Shown piece after piece: positions 1 through 10,803 of a stretch of DNA of 64,000 nt (position 1 is the stretch's first letter; every line of letters starts with the position of its first letter). The notes beneath the pieces were generated by a model. It had not been told where the DNA came from, made no database searches, and worked only from the letters and a program-made list of their open reading frames with translations. The translations under genes and the position numbers were made by a program. Where the stretch lies: assembly GCA_963762565.1 (NCBI GenBank), contig CAVXLD010000010.1, positions 64,001 to 128,000 on the forward strand. The letters are read 5' to 3'. This DNA is from an uncultured Verrucomicrobiae bacterium (GTDB taxonomy: Bacteria > Verrucomicrobiota > Verrucomicrobiia > Chthoniobacterales > JAFAMB01).

Positions 1-492
1 AACATCCTGCTCGAGTTGGAGATTGTCGACGGGGACAATAAACGTAACTCGCTGGCGATGATTCAGGAAGTCCAACATCATCCGCTGCAGCGCCAGATTT
101 TACACGTCGATTTTCACGCGGTTTCAGCCACCGAGAAAATCACAGCGGAAGTACCGATTGAGACAATCGGCGAGCCGATCGGCGTTAAGACTGGCGGCGG
201 GCTGTTGGAACATATCTTGCGCGACCTGGAGGTCGAATGTCTGCCGGGTGATTTGCCGGACCGGATTCAAGTGGACGTATCCAGCCTCGATCTCAATCAA
301 TCCATCCACGTGAAAGATCTTAAGCTCCCGGCCGGGGTTGAAGCGGTTACGGACGCTGATCTGACGGTCGTAGCGGTCAGCACGGCTCGAGTTGAGGAAG
401 AGCCGACCGAAGCGCTTGGAGCTGTCCCGGCTGCACCTGAAGTGATCACGGCCAAGAAGCCTGAAGAGGGCTCCGCGCCGGCAGCGTCTTAA
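1..492 (+). CDS. rplY: 50S ribosomal protein L25/general stress protein Ctc (5' truncated by window)
   Basis: QHHPLQRQILHVDF, GVKTGGGLLE and LPDRIQVDVSSL motifs; directly upstream of pth; frame open from base 1. Confidence 0.95.
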   Translation, partial: NILLELEIVDGDNKRNSLAMIQEVQHHPLQRQILHVDFHAVSATEKITAEVPIETIGEPIGVKTGGGLLEHILRDLEVECLPGDLPDRIQVDVSSLDLNQSIHVKDLKLPAGVEAVTDADLTVVAVSTARVEEEPTEALGAVPAAPEVITAKKPEEGSAPAAS

Positions 493-504
493 TTCGTTTC
501 GGCG

Positions 505-1068
505 ATGGCGCACTTGCGGCTGTTAGCCGGGCTCGGTAATCCTGGACCAGAATACAACGTCACGCGCCACAACGTTGGGTTCATGGTCCTCGATCGTTTG
601 GCGCAACAGGAAGGCCTGGCTTTCGGAGCCGCATCGAAATGGGATTGCCTCTGGACTCGCTGGAACGAGGTAATCCTGATGAAGCCGATGACCTACATGA
701 ATCGCAGCGGCGATTCTGTGGCCGGCGTACTCCGCTATTTCCGAATCGAGCCCAGCGAACTGCTCGCGGTGGTTGATGATGTCGCCTTGCCCCTGGGCAG
801 GTTGCGGTTACGTTCTTCCGGGAGCGACGGCGGTCACAATGGGCTGGGATCGATCATCGCTCATGTGGGAGAAGACTTTCCGCGCTTGCGGCTGGGGGTT
901 GGCGCTGCGACAGATAGCGCCGATTTAGTGGATCACGTTCTGGGGCCTTTCTCCAAAACAGAATTGGCGGTAATAAGCCAATCTGTGGAGAGAGCAACGG
1001 ATGCGATCCGCAAGGCGGTTGAGGCCGGATTAGAAACAGCAATGAATATATTCAACCGCGCAGAATGA
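505..1068 (+). CDS. pth: Peptidyl-tRNA hydrolase
   Basis: GLGNPG..Y..TRHNVGF, KPMTYMNRSG and GGHNGL motifs. Confidence 0.97.
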   Translation: MAHLRLLAGLGNPGPEYNVTRHNVGFMVLDRLAQQEGLAFGAASKWDCLWTRWNEVILMKPMTYMNRSGDSVAGVLRYFRIEPSELLAVVDDVALPLGRLRLRSSGSDGGHNGLGSIIAHVGEDFPRLRLGVGAATDSADLVDHVLGPFSKTELAVISQSVERATDAIRKAVEAGLETAMNIFNRAE

Positions 1069-1081
1069 TATTGCATACATT

Positions 1082-1399
1082 ATGAAAAACCGTTATGAGT
1101 GTCTAATGGCATTGGATACCAGGGGCCAGGAAGATAGTGTGAAAGAGATCATCGAACGTCTTGAGGCCGAGTTCGCCAAAGAAGGGGCAACTATCGAGCA
1201 GGTCCAAAAGATGGATAAACGCCAGCTCGCTTATGCGCCGGGTAATGTGGAGTCTGCTTACTACGTAAACTTCGTCTTTGAAGCAGAACCGAGCCTGATC
1301 ACTAAGCTTCGCGGAAAATTCAAGCTCGATCCCATGGTCTTTTTGCAACATTATCAGCAATTGCCGGTGAAAAACCCAACGCCGGCCCGCAAAGAATAG
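1082..1399 (+). CDS. rpsF: 30S ribosomal protein S6
   Basis: RYE N-terminus, KRQLAY, 105 aa, between pth and ssb. Confidence 0.9.
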   Translation: MKNRYECLMALDTRGQEDSVKEIIERLEAEFAKEGATIEQVQKMDKRQLAYAPGNVESAYYVNFVFEAEPSLITKLRGKFKLDPMVFLQHYQQLPVKNPTPARKE

Positions 1400-1409
1400 G
1401 ATCAATGTT

Positions 1410-1871
1410 ATGGCCAATCTGAACCGCGTTCTACTGATCGGTAATCTGACCCGGGACCCGGATGTCCGGTATACTCCGAAAGGAACGGCGGTTGCGGATA
1501 TTGGCTTGGCCATAAACCGGGTTTTCACGGGCGAGGACGGGGAAAAACGGGAAGAAGTCACCTACGTCGATGTGGTTCTCTGGAGCCGCCTCGCCGAGAT
1601 CGCCGAACAATACTTGAAAAAAGGGCGCCCAGTCTTCATCGAGGGACGCCTGCAACTGGATTCTTGGGATGATAAGCAGACCGGGCAGAAACGGTCACGC
1701 TTGCGGGTCGTGGCTGAGAACCTGCAGCTTCTCGGATCTCGAGGTGAAGGTGAAGCTGGCGGGACGGGCGTTGCACCCGCGCCTCGTCGTTCAGCCCCAG
1801 CTCCAGCGCCAAAACCGAACCCTCCGCGGGACCCGGACTTGGACGCCGAGCCGGACGACATCCCGTTTTGA
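1410..1871 (+). CDS. ssb: Single-stranded DNA-binding protein
   Basis: NRVLLIGNLTRDP..RYTP OB-fold start; acidic DDIPF C-terminal tip. Confidence 0.98.
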   Translation: MANLNRVLLIGNLTRDPDVRYTPKGTAVADIGLAINRVFTGEDGEKREEVTYVDVVLWSRLAEIAEQYLKKGRPVFIEGRLQLDSWDDKQTGQKRSRLRVVAENLQLLGSRGEGEAGGTGVAPAPRRSAPAPAPKPNPPRDPDLDAEPDDIPF

Positions 1872-1881
1872 GCGGTCGGAA

Positions 1882-2199
1882 CCGTGGAGCGCTGCCTCGC
1901 TTGCGAGGCCGGGAACGGTAGGGCGAAAGTCTGGTGGGGCTCCCGAAGAACCCAACGCTATCGCGGAGCTGCGGTTTGACTCCGGCCGAACGGCAACCGT
2001 TATGCCGTCGATCGTGCCGAGCCGTGGTCTATCGCTGGGCCGCGGCTCGGCACGTTCACAGGCCCCGCTCACCATTTGGCTAGGGTTTGCGCATTTCGTT
2101 GCTGAATCGCTGGGTCTTTCGGGAGCCTCGCCCCACCAAATTATTCGCCCTACCGATCAGGGGCCTCGTCCCGCGGCCACGGCGAGGCAGCGCTCCACG
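1882..2199. repeat. Nested REP/REPIN-like palindromic element (family A arms outside, family B arms inside)
   Basis: cgtggagcgctgcctcgc...gcgaggcagcgctccacg outer arms; ggtagggcgaa/ttcgccctacc; tggtggggc..tcccgaa/ttcgggagcctcgccccacca; inner gtgccgagcc/ggctcggcac. Confidence 0.85.
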
Positions 2200-2208
2200 G
2201 CTTGCGCT

Positions 2209-2667
2209 TCAAGACGTTCCTACACTCCCGTACACATTGGGATTGTGACGCTGCATGAAGCGGTCGGGCTGAGCCAGTCCCGTAAAACCGAATCTTTGAT
2301 AAAGCTCATGCGCATCTGCTGTGGCAAGCATCCAGCGGCGTAAGCCTTGCAGATCCGGATGGGCAAGTATCGCTTCCATTAGACGTTTCGACAGACCTTT
2401 GCCACGGTGTTCCGGCAGGATGAAAACGTCGGCCAGGTAGGCAAAAGTAGCGCGATCCGTTGTCGCTCTCGCAAAGCCGACTTGGAGCCAATCTGCTTGC
2501 GCCGTGGGATTCGCCACAGCATACGCACCGAAGCAGAGCGAATTGGCAATCGAACGGGCCACGACATCTCGCGGAATACCCCGGGCCCAATAGCTGTGCT
2601 CAGAAAGGAATTTGTGGATGAGATCCAGGTCGAGCTTAGTTGGATCCGCGCTGATCAAGTATTCCAT
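2209..2667 (-). CDS. GNAT family N-acetyltransferase
   Basis: FAYLADVFILPEHRGKGLS acetyl-CoA motif A; LYQRFGF. Confidence 0.92.
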   Translation of the reverse strand: MEYLISADPTKLDLDLIHKFLSEHSYWARGIPRDVVARSIANSLCFGAYAVANPTAQADWLQVGFARATTDRATFAYLADVFILPEHRGKGLSKRLMEAILAHPDLQGLRRWMLATADAHELYQRFGFTGLAQPDRFMQRHNPNVYGSVGTS

Positions 2668-3497
2668 AGCGTAGCCGCATCAATCAGTTCCTCGGTAAGC
2701 TTGGCCAGCTGGCCCCTGACTTCTAGGTCGTAGGCTTGAGCATTCGCCTTCGCTTCCTTGAGTCCATCAAAATACTTACCGGTGACACCATCTAGAGCTG
2801 GGTCCACCACTAGTCGCATCGTCGCCTCCAACCCCTCTTCTACAGTGCTCATTATGCTCCACCCCGCTTCCAAAACCATCTTGGTCGGCATCAAGGACGC
2901 CGGGTGCAAAGCATTGACGGTCACCCCGGCATTCGCTAGCTGAGCCGCAAGATCAAAAGTCCAGGCGATCATTGCCAGCTTGCTCTGCCGATAGGCCGTG
3001 ACTCCGGAGTAACCGTGCTCCGACATGATATCCTCGAAATTCAAAGGGGCTTGTCCGACGGAAGCGACGTTCACGATACGGGCTGGCCCAGAAGCTTCGA
3101 GCTTGGGGAGCACTCCCTTAACTAAGAGATAGGGGGCAAGGTAATTGACCGCAAAACGCAGTTCGTAGCCATCTTGGCTCATTTCTCTTTTGGAAGAGTC
3201 TTTACCAAAGCCAACGCCGGCATTGTTGATCAGAATGTCCAGACGTTCTTGTTCAGCAGCAACCCGTCGAGCCAGCTCAGAAGTCTGTTGTAACGACGCC
3301 AGGTCGGCGCAATAGAATTGCAGCTTTTCGTTGCCAGTTTCCTGCCTGATTTCATCAAGGATTGCTTTTCCGCGCTTGTTATCTCGCCCGTGAAGGAGCA
3401 CCGTCGCCCCTTTTTCGGCCAAAGCCTGCGCTAATCCCAGTCCCAATCCACTCGTAGCACCGGTAATAAGAATCGTCTGTTCCGCGAACGGTCTCAT
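2655..3497 (-). CDS. Short-chain dehydrogenase/reductase
   Basis: TGATSGLG, NNAG and YRQSK catalytic motif; ATG at 3497 preferred as start. Confidence 0.93.
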   Translation of the reverse strand: MRPFAEQTILITGATSGLGLGLAQALAEKGATVLLHGRDNKRGKAILDEIRQETGNEKLQFYCADLASLQQTSELARRVAAEQERLDILINNAGVGFGKDSSKREMSQDGYELRFAVNYLAPYLLVKGVLPKLEASGPARIVNVASVGQAPLNFEDIMSEHGYSGVTAYRQSKLAMIAWTFDLAAQLANAGVTVNALHPASLMPTKMVLEAGWSIMSTVEEGLEATMRLVVDPALDGVTGKYFDGLKEAKANAQAYDLEVRGQLAKLTEELIDAATLWNT

Positions 3498-3579
3498 AAA
3501 CAAAGAATACAACGCTAGCCTGCGCTCCGGGCAAATGCATCAGGGCATTTGCCCGTAGCGCAAGGCTATGGCCGTAAGT

Positions 3580-4194
3580 TCAGGGGATACTCGATCTTTT
3601 CCACGGGATCGCGCAAGCAGCCGTGATCAAGGGTCCGTTCCAAGTCTTGATCACTTGAGTCTCGTTCTCGTAACCCAAAATGGAGAGCGTGCTCGTACCA
3701 AGCAGGAAACGACTGCCATGATCTGCGGAAAGACCGATCCAACGAGATACAAGCACCCTGAGGAAATGGCCGTGGGAGAAGATTGCAACGTTGCCTTCGA
3801 TCGATCGAAGCTTTGCTACAACCTGATCGGCACGTTGGGATAGCTCGTCGATCGTTTCTCCGTTGGGAAACGGGTGCGTCCAGACGCTCCAGCCCGGTAC
3901 GCGCTCTCGAATCTGGTTTGTGGTCAGCCCTTCGTAGTCGCCGTAATCCCACTCCAACAGTTCTTTGTCCACTTCCACGCGGGAGCTTAGTCCAGCAAGC
4001 TTCGCGGTTTCCAACGCGCGCTGGAGCGGGCTGCTAAGAATACGCGCGAACTTTACGTCATCGAAAATCGGCAAAAGGAATCCAGCCTGCTCGCGCCCCG
4101 CATCTGTAAGAGGAATATCAGTGAGCCCGGTATGCCGCCCACTCTTTGCCCATTCGGTTTCACCGTGGCGAATTAAATAGATGGTTGAGTTCAC
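3580..4194 (-). CDS. Histidine phosphatase (phosphoglycerate mutase-like) family protein
   Basis: RHGET, SSPLQRA and SHG motifs. Confidence 0.92.
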   Translation of the reverse strand: MNSTIYLIRHGETEWAKSGRHTGLTDIPLTDAGREQAGFLLPIFDDVKFARILSSPLQRALETAKLAGLSSRVEVDKELLEWDYGDYEGLTTNQIRERVPGWSVWTHPFPNGETIDELSQRADQVVAKLRSIEGNVAIFSHGHFLRVLVSRWIGLSADHGSRFLLGTSTLSILGYENETQVIKTWNGPLITAACAIPWKRSSIP

Positions 4195-4394
4195 GGTTGG
4201 CGGGTAGCGGTTTACAGTTAGCAGTCGGCGCTTCGCCGCTGCAACACATAAGTCTCATGAGTCTCATTCGAGGCAAGCGTCCCTGGTGTACTAGCCCCTA
4301 GACCCTCCCAGCTGCTAACCGCTAACTGCAAACCCGGATCGCGAGGACGCGATCCCTCCCTGCGAGGGGCCTGCATCATGTAAACTGTAAACTG

Positions 4395-7300
4395 CTAACC
4401 GTGAACTCCGTGAGGCTCCAGCTCATGCTTCGGACGAATTTTTGCGTAGAGCATGGAGGTCCACTCCTGGATCCCTTCGAGATAGAGATACAGTGCGGGA
4501 GTCACATAGAGCGTGATTAATTGGGAGACGATCAGACCGCCAACCAAGATAAGACCGAGGGGGCGGCGAGATTCAGCGTCGGCACCGAAACCGACCGCGA
4601 TGGGAATCGCTCCCATCAATGCGGCCAGAGTCGTCATAATGATCGGGCGAAATCGTTCAACACTCGCCTCATGAACGGCCTCGACTGGCGTTTTGCCGGC
4701 TTTACGCTGTTCGACCGCAAAGTCGACCATCATAATCCCATTCTTTTTCACGATACCGATCAGCATGAACATGCCGATATAGGAATAAAGTGAGAGCTCG
4801 GAGTGGAACAATAGCAGTGTGAATAGTCCGCCGACTGCCGCCACCGGAAGCGAAGATAGGACGGTAATGGGATGGAACCAGCTTTCATAGAGGATCCCGA
4901 GGATGACGTACATGATGAAGACGGCGACAAACAGCAACACTCCTAACTGCGAGAATGTTTCGCTAAACGTTTCCGCCTCACCTTGAAGTTCGCCACGAAT
5001 CGTCGGCGGCAGCACTTCCTTAGCAGTTCGTTCAATGAATTCGGTTGCATCGCCGGTAGCGGATCCCGGTTTCAAATTGAAGTAGAGAGTGACAGCGGGA
5101 AACTGATTGATGTGATTCACCGACAGCCTGCCAGTTGAAGCTTGAGAGTCCGTGACGGTCTGATTTGGAATAATCTGGCTAGTTCCAGAAGGCTTGAAAT
5201 AGAGGCGATTAATGTCGTTGGGATCGCTACGCTGTTGATCTTCAGCCTCAACGATCACCTTATACTGATCCACCGGCGTTTTGATCAGATACGTGTAGTT
5301 CTGCGAATAAGCGTTCTTGAGCAGCTGCTCAACGTTCAAGTTATTTAATCCGTACGACTGCAATTGCAGCTCATTCAAATCCACGCCAAGGACTGGCGTA
5401 TTGAAATAGTCAGAAGAAACCGTGGCAAACCCGGGGTATTGCCGGCATTTCGCCATCATCTCCATCGCGGACTGGTAGACCTGCTGCGCATCAACGCCGG
5501 AAATGGCGAAGGCGTACTGCCCCTGATTGTTCTTGGTGGCGCCGGTACTGATCTGCAGGACCGGGTCCGGCCGCATCAATGGAATAATACCGGGAATCTG
5601 AGCAAGCGCTCGCGAGAGCTCACTCACGACTTTCGTGATCGGCGGACGCTGGCTGGGATCTTTCAGAAAAGCCAGGGCCAACATTTGGTTGGAAGGCAGC
5701 CCTTGGGAAAATCCAGCTAAGGTAAAAGATTCATTGACCGCCGGATTACCTCTGAGGACGACATCAACCTGTTTTTGCAGCTGTTTGATCCGGTCGGGAG
5801 AAATGCCTTCCTGACAAACAAGAATGCCGCGGATAAACGAGCTGTCACCGGCAGGGATAAACGTCTTCGGCAGCAACCCGAAAACCCAAATGGTCAGAGC
5901 AAAGCAACCAACCCAGGTAACGGCTGAAATCCAACGGTGACGGAGAAAGAAGTACAAACTGCGGCCATAGAGCGCGGTAATCCGCTTGAACAAATGTCCA
6001 ACGGTTCGTTCCATCCAAGTTCTTTCGTCATGGCCTCGCGGCCCTAAAACCCGCGAGCACATCATTGGGGTCAACGTGACGGAAACGATCCCGGAGGCGA
6101 AGATGGCTACGATGATGGTTACAGAGAATTCACGGAAGATTCGCCCGATGATACCGGTCACCATCACCAGGGGCAGAAAGACTACCGCCAACGAAACCGT
6201 CATCGCCACAATAGTAAAAGTGATCTGGCGGGCGCTATTCATTGCCGCCTGCATCGGGTTTTGACCTGACTCCATGAGCCGCACCGTGTTTTCGAGAAAG
6301 ACGATGGCGTCATCCACTAGGAACCCGATGGACAACGTCAGCGCCATCAACGTCAAATTGTTGAGGCTGAAATTCAGCATCCCCATGACCAGGAATGTGA
6401 TCAGCATCGATAGGGGTAAGGCCACAACCGGAATCAGAGTGTCAGTAGCCCGGCCAAGGAAGGCGAAGATAACGATAACCACTAAGGCAAAGGCTATCAG
6501 CAAGGTATGTTCGACCTCGTCAGTATTCGTGACGATGGTTTTGGAGCGATCATAGAGCGGGATCATCTGAACGGACCCCGGTATCTGCGCTCGAAAAAAA
6601 GGCAGTAAGTCTTTGATTTTTTGAGCGACTTCCACCGCGTTGGCGCCGGCTTGACGATAGATCGCCAATACTACTTCCGCGGGCGCCTCTCCGTAATCTC
6701 GAGCCCAGAAATTTCGGCTGATGCGTTCATCCTCAACGGTTTTAACTACCTTCGCGACATCCTTCAGATAAACCGGTTGGCCATTCGGCCGCGCGATGAT
6801 CACATTCTCATACTGTTGAGGAGTCGTTAGCTGCCCGTTTGCATAGAGAAGATAGGTACGATCTTTGCCGTCAAATTGCCCGGCCCCCAAGTAAGCAGTG
6901 CTTTGGTTCACCGCGTTCGTCACGTCGGTCATGGTGAGGCCAAGCGAGGAAAGTTTGTTAACTTGAACCTTGATGCGAATCGCCGTCCTGGCGCCATAAA
7001 CCTGGACCTGACTAACTCCGTTTAGGATGGCGATCTGCTGACCTAGATTAGTATTGCCATAGTCGAATAGGTCGCCCTCCCTCATCGTATCGCTAACCAG
7101 GGCGATATAAAAAATTGCCTGGTCGTTCGGATTGGTTTTTGTGAACGAAGGAGGCTGGGGCAAGTCGGTCGGTAAATAGCCTGCGGCCCTCGAGATCGCG
7201 GCCTGTACGTCGGTCGCGGCGTCTCCTAAACTTTTGTCCAGCGAGAACTGCAATACCAGAGTCGATTGTCCGGTTTGATTGGTCGATGTCACCAGATCCA

Positions 7301-7529
7301 AACCCGGGATTTGCAGGAATTGCTTCTCCAGCGGAGTCGCGCAGGTATTCGCCATCGTTTCCGGGCTGGCGCCGGGATAAGTGACGCTAACCTGAATGAC
7401 CGGGTAATCGACCGCGGGCAGATCGTTCACCGCCAATCCCCGAAAAACCTGGATCCCGAAAGCGGTGACGGTGATCGTCAACAGTAGCGTCATGATCGGA
7501 CGCCGAATAAAGAGCGCCGAAAAGTTCAT
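4395..7529 (-). CDS. RND efflux transporter permease (AcrB/MdtB-C-like)
   Basis: FIRRP start, GFLVDDAIV, GIVKKNGIMMVDFA, RFRPIIMTT; 1044 aa. Confidence 0.96.
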   Translation of the reverse strand: MNFSALFIRRPIMTLLLTITVTAFGIQVFRGLAVNDLPAVDYPVIQVSVTYPGASPETMANTCATPLEKQFLQIPGLDLVTSTNQTGQSTLVLQFSLDKSLGDAATDVQAAISRAAGYLPTDLPQPPSFTKTNPNDQAIFYIALVSDTMREGDLFDYGNTNLGQQIAILNGVSQVQVYGARTAIRIKVQVNKLSSLGLTMTDVTNAVNQSTAYLGAGQFDGKDRTYLLYANGQLTTPQQYENVIIARPNGQPVYLKDVAKVVKTVEDERISRNFWARDYGEAPAEVVLAIYRQAGANAVEVAQKIKDLLPFFRAQIPGSVQMIPLYDRSKTIVTNTDEVEHTLLIAFALVVIVIFAFLGRATDTLIPVVALPLSMLITFLVMGMLNFSLNNLTLMALTLSIGFLVDDAIVFLENTVRLMESGQNPMQAAMNSARQITFTIVAMTVSLAVVFLPLVMVTGIIGRIFREFSVTIIVAIFASGIVSVTLTPMMCSRVLGPRGHDERTWMERTVGHLFKRITALYGRSLYFFLRHRWISAVTWVGCFALTIWVFGLLPKTFIPAGDSSFIRGILVCQEGISPDRIKQLQKQVDVVLRGNPAVNESFTLAGFSQGLPSNQMLALAFLKDPSQRPPITKVVSELSRALAQIPGIIPLMRPDPVLQISTGATKNNQGQYAFAISGVDAQQVYQSAMEMMAKCRQYPGFATVSSDYFNTPVLGVDLNELQLQSYGLNNLNVEQLLKNAYSQNYTYLIKTPVDQYKVIVEAEDQQRSDPNDINRLYFKPSGTSQIIPNQTVTDSQASTGRLSVNHINQFPAVTLYFNLKPGSATGDATEFIERTAKEVLPPTIRGELQGEAETFSETFSQLGVLLFVAVFIMYVILGILYESWFHPITVLSSLPVAAVGGLFTLLLFHSELSLYSYIGMFMLIGIVKKNGIMMVDFAVEQRKAGKTPVEAVHEASVERFRPIIMTTLAALMGAIPIAVGFGADAESRRPLGLILVGGLIVSQLITLYVTPALYLYLEGIQEWTSMLYAKIRPKHELEPHGVHG

Positions 7530-8761
7530 AGCGCTGGGCTGGGCTTCACTATTGAACTTTCCTGTTGAGCGCCGGAGGTCGAATTCTGTTGCAAGCCCTG
7601 GCCAGTCAGCGCCGCTGGGGCCGGCGTCGGACTCGGCATGGGATATTCTTTGGGGTTCACCTTGGTGCCATTGGCGAGCGCGATCTGCCCTTCGACGACG
7701 ACGGTTTCACCCGCTTGCACCCCCTGAGGAACCACAACCAGATCCTGATACTTCACCCCTTGCGGAACTAACCGTTGTTCGACGGTGTTATCCGGTTTCA
7801 CCACGAATAAGTAAGTCCCCTTCCCTCCGAGTTGTACCGTCTGACTCGGCACGACGAGCGCATCCTTCAAGATCTGCAACGTCAGCGCGACGTTGACGTA
7901 TTGGCCAGGCCAGAAATAGCGGTCCTCATTAGGAATCGTCGCCCGAAGTAGAACCGTGCCGGCCTGGGTCGAAACGCTGTTGTCGAAAAAGCTCAACTTG
8001 CCCGCCTTGGCTATGTCGGGCCGGGTTGGCGCTATGACTTCCACCTTAAGAGAATTCCCCTGACTCATGTTCTCTCGCAGATGAGCAAGGTCGTTCTCGG
8101 AGATGTCGAAATCGACGTAGACCGGGTCCTGGAGCTGGATATTGACCAGAGTCGATCCACCAACGGCAACGTAATTACCTGGATCGACCAGCCTGCGACC
8201 GGTACGGCCGTTCCCTGGGGATCGGATATAGCAATATTCGAGATTGAGCTTGGCTAGATCGATCGAAGCCTGATCCCGAGCGACAGCGCCGTTGTAGTTG
8301 TCGAAGTTCGCTTTGTCGGTGTCGATCTGTTGTTCCGACACAAAATGTTGCGGCCCGATCTTTTCATCGCGCTCCAGGTTTCTTTGATTCAAGTCGACTT
8401 GGGCGTTGTCCGACAAGAGTTGAGCCTGGGCTTGCTCCAATTGAGCCTGAAATGGCCTCGGATCGATCACAAAAAGGAGGTCGCCTTTCTTGACCTCCTG
8501 GCCCTCTACGAAATGGACTTCCGTGATTCTGCCGCTGACTTGAGGCTGGATATTGACCGATTCCGGAGAAACGACCCGGCCGAATTCATGGAGCTGCACC
8601 GGCACATCCGCTGCCAGGACTTTCGTGACCAGGACGTTTTTGGGGGCAGCCGGCCCCTGAGTAGTGTTGGACTGGGGGCCGCATCCACTGAAGAAAATGG
8701 CCGTTACTGAAAGAAGAAAAAAAAGAAGGCTTCTAGGACCAATCGCCAGTTGGGGGGTCAT
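7526..8761 (-). CDS. RND periplasmic adaptor (membrane fusion) lipoprotein
   Basis: Lipobox FSGC; VEGQEVKKGDLLFVIDPRPFQA; 4-bp overlap with the permease. Confidence 0.95.
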   Translation of the reverse strand: MTPQLAIGPRSLLFFLLSVTAIFFSGCGPQSNTTQGPAAPKNVLVTKVLAADVPVQLHEFGRVVSPESVNIQPQVSGRITEVHFVEGQEVKKGDLLFVIDPRPFQAQLEQAQAQLLSDNAQVDLNQRNLERDEKIGPQHFVSEQQIDTDKANFDNYNGAVARDQASIDLAKLNLEYCYIRSPGNGRTGRRLVDPGNYVAVGGSTLVNIQLQDPVYVDFDISENDLAHLRENMSQGNSLKVEVIAPTRPDIAKAGKLSFFDNSVSTQAGTVLLRATIPNEDRYFWPGQYVNVALTLQILKDALVVPSQTVQLGGKGTYLFVVKPDNTVEQRLVPQGVKYQDLVVVPQGVQAGETVVVEGQIALANGTKVNPKEYPMPSPTPAPAALTGQGLQQNSTSGAQQESSIVKPSPAL

Positions 8762-9050
8762 TTTCGGGGGGAGACATCGTGCGTTTTGCGATACTAATCA
8801 TGCAAATTTGCTGAAGAAAAAGTCGACCCTCCATGGTCGCTTTCATTCTCCTTTTCGAGTTTCGCTCTTCCAGAAGCACTCCTTTTCGTGACGAAACCGA
8901 AGCCGGGTCGCGCCCGACACTTTGCCGCACTTCCAGATAAAAGCTAGTTCCGTACCCCCGGTGGCGTCAAACCGTATATCATATAACCGGACGGTAAATG
9001 CCGAAGAACCGGCGAGCCGCTGGCGCAATTCGGGGAGGGCGCGCAGCCAC

Positions 9051-9223
9051 CGGGAGGGATCGCGTCCTCGCGATCCTTGGTTCTCGAAGCCCAGGAGGTG
9101 ATCTGATCGCGGACAAAAATACCCTTCTGGATTGTGGCACGTCCTCGCGGCGCGCGGTGGTCGCAGCGCGCAAATCGGGGAGGGCGCGCGTCCCCGCGCG
9201 CCGCGAGGACGCGATCCCTCCCG
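9051..9223. repeat. REP/REPIN-like element family C (GGAG-initiated)
   Basis: gggagggatcgcgtcctcgcg ... cgcgaggacgcgatccctccc inverted arms; related copies at 4336, 18642, 43156, 50571. Confidence 0.8.
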
Positions 9224-9273
9224 ACGATGGGCCTGCACACAATCCAAGAACGAAGCGCCCAAGCGCGTTCCGC

Positions 9274-10074
9274 CTATTCACGGCTAGATCCAATTCCCAG
9301 ACGGGACTGGAACCGGCCTCGAGCGAATCGGATCGAAAGCTCAGCTCCGAATGCCTGGGAGAGGTTCTTGCTAGAAACGACTTGGCGCACGGGGCCGTGA
9401 ATCAACACTTTTCCGTCCTTCAAAAGAAGGGCGCGAGAGAAACAGGATAGTATCTCTTCGACGTGATGAGTCACTAACACGAGGTTCGGGCTATGGTCTG
9501 TCGATTGGGTCGCAAGCCTTTGTAAGAACTCCAGAAACCGCTCTCGCGCCACGGGGTCTAGACCAGCGCAGGGTTCGTCTAGAATCAGGATCTTATGATT
9601 GGCCATCAAAGCGCGGCCGATTAGAACGCGTTGGCGTTCGCCCTGTGAAAAATAGCCCCAAGGCCGGTCCGCCAGCTTTTGACATTCTACCTGCTCTAGC
9701 AATCGAAATGCTTGCTTCCGCTGAAGACCATGCGGAGGTTTCCAACTGTTGATCACCGCCTGCTGGCCGCTGGCCACGATATCGAGGCCAACTTGATCGT
9801 CGTCGATCATCTGTCTGACGCTGGAGCTGACCAACCCAACCTGTTTTCGTAGCTCACGCCAATCGGTTTTGCCGTATTCCTGATCCAATACCCGGATACG
9901 GCCGCTAGAGGGTGTGACGTAGCCCGTAATGCAGCTGAGCAGGGTCGTTTTACCGGAGCCGTTAGCGCCAAGGACGGTCCAGTTCTCACCCGGCTTAATC
10001 TCCCAATTCAGGTTTTGAAGGATCTTTGTTTTACCGCGGTAGACGGTCAGGCTCTCTATCGACACAATGGACAT
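9274..10074 (-). CDS. ABC ATP-binding protein (ModF/YlmA-like)
   Basis: Walker A GANGSGKT, SQGERQR signature, ILILDEP Walker B. Confidence 0.93.
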   Translation of the reverse strand: MSIVSIESLTVYRGKTKILQNLNWEIKPGENWTVLGANGSGKTTLLSCITGYVTPSSGRIRVLDQEYGKTDWRELRKQVGLVSSSVRQMIDDDQVGLDIVASGQQAVINSWKPPHGLQRKQAFRLLEQVECQKLADRPWGYFSQGERQRVLIGRALMANHKILILDEPCAGLDPVARERFLEFLQRLATQSTDHSPNLVLVTHHVEEILSCFSRALLLKDGKVLIHGPVRQVVSSKNLSQAFGAELSIRFARGRFQSRLGIGSSRE

Positions 10075-10212
10075 GGGCGTTCACGGTTCACAATTCGCCG
10101 TTCACGGTTCACAGTTTATGGCAGCGCCCGCAACAGTATATTTCTGAAGAGCGAATGAGAATAGGGCGCCAAATCGCGGACAACCGGGGACAGTGAACTG
10201 CGAATCCGTTCA

Positions 10213-10803
10213 CTAAAACTCACAATCGACGTCAAGGGCTTGATGCAGCATGCGGAGGTATTGCCGTTTGGGGACCTCGATTGCTCCAAAGGTACGAAGG
10301 TGTGGAGTGATATATTGAGTGTCCAGCAGCTTAAATCCGCGAGTTTGCAACCGGTCGACCAAAGCTAATAGCGCGATCTTAGAGGCATCGGTTTCTCGAT
10401 GGAACATTGACTCGCCGAAAAAAGCCCCCTGAATGCTCACACCGTAAAGACCTCCGGCTAGCTCCTGGTTCTTCCAGGTTTCGACTGAATGAGCGAAACC
10501 GAGATCGTGCAAGTTGAGATAGCTTTGGATGATTTGCTCGTTGATCCAAGTTTCGGTGCGCTCCGCGCAAGCCCGCAAGACCTCTTCGAAGGCGGTGTCG
10601 ATTTTCACCTCGAAGATCCCTTTTTTCGCGACCCGGTGCAGGCCGTGAGGGACATGAAAGGTATCTAGCGGAATGATCCCTCTTGGATCGGGCGAGAACC
10701 ACGCAATTTCTCCGCTTTCCAGCGCCATGGGAAAGATCCCATTGCGATAGGCCTCAACCAGAAGTGACGCCGGGATGATTGTCGGTGTGGTTCTTCTCCG
10801 CAC
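10213..10803 (-). CDS. aat: Leucyl/phenylalanyl-tRNA--protein transferase
   Basis: AYRNGIFPM, WFSPDPR, GGLYGV..FFGESMF and DASKIAL. Confidence 0.95.
   Translation of the reverse strand: MRRRTTPTIIPASLLVEAYRNGIFPMALESGEIAWFSPDPRGIIPLDTFHVPHGLHRVAKKGIFEVKIDTAFEEVLRACAERTETWINEQIIQSYLNLHDLGFAHSVETWKNQELAGGLYGVSIQGAFFGESMFHRETDASKIALLALVDRLQTRGFKLLDTQYITPHLRTFGAIEVPKRQYLRMLHQALDVDCEF

Noticed and set aside
1669..2343. 224-aa ORF, and similar ORFs at 8843-9450, 23064-23699, 39264-39833, 50287-51045 and 62941-63335
   Set aside because: They translate REP or repeat DNA or overlap real genes; Arg/Ala/Pro-rich with no motifs
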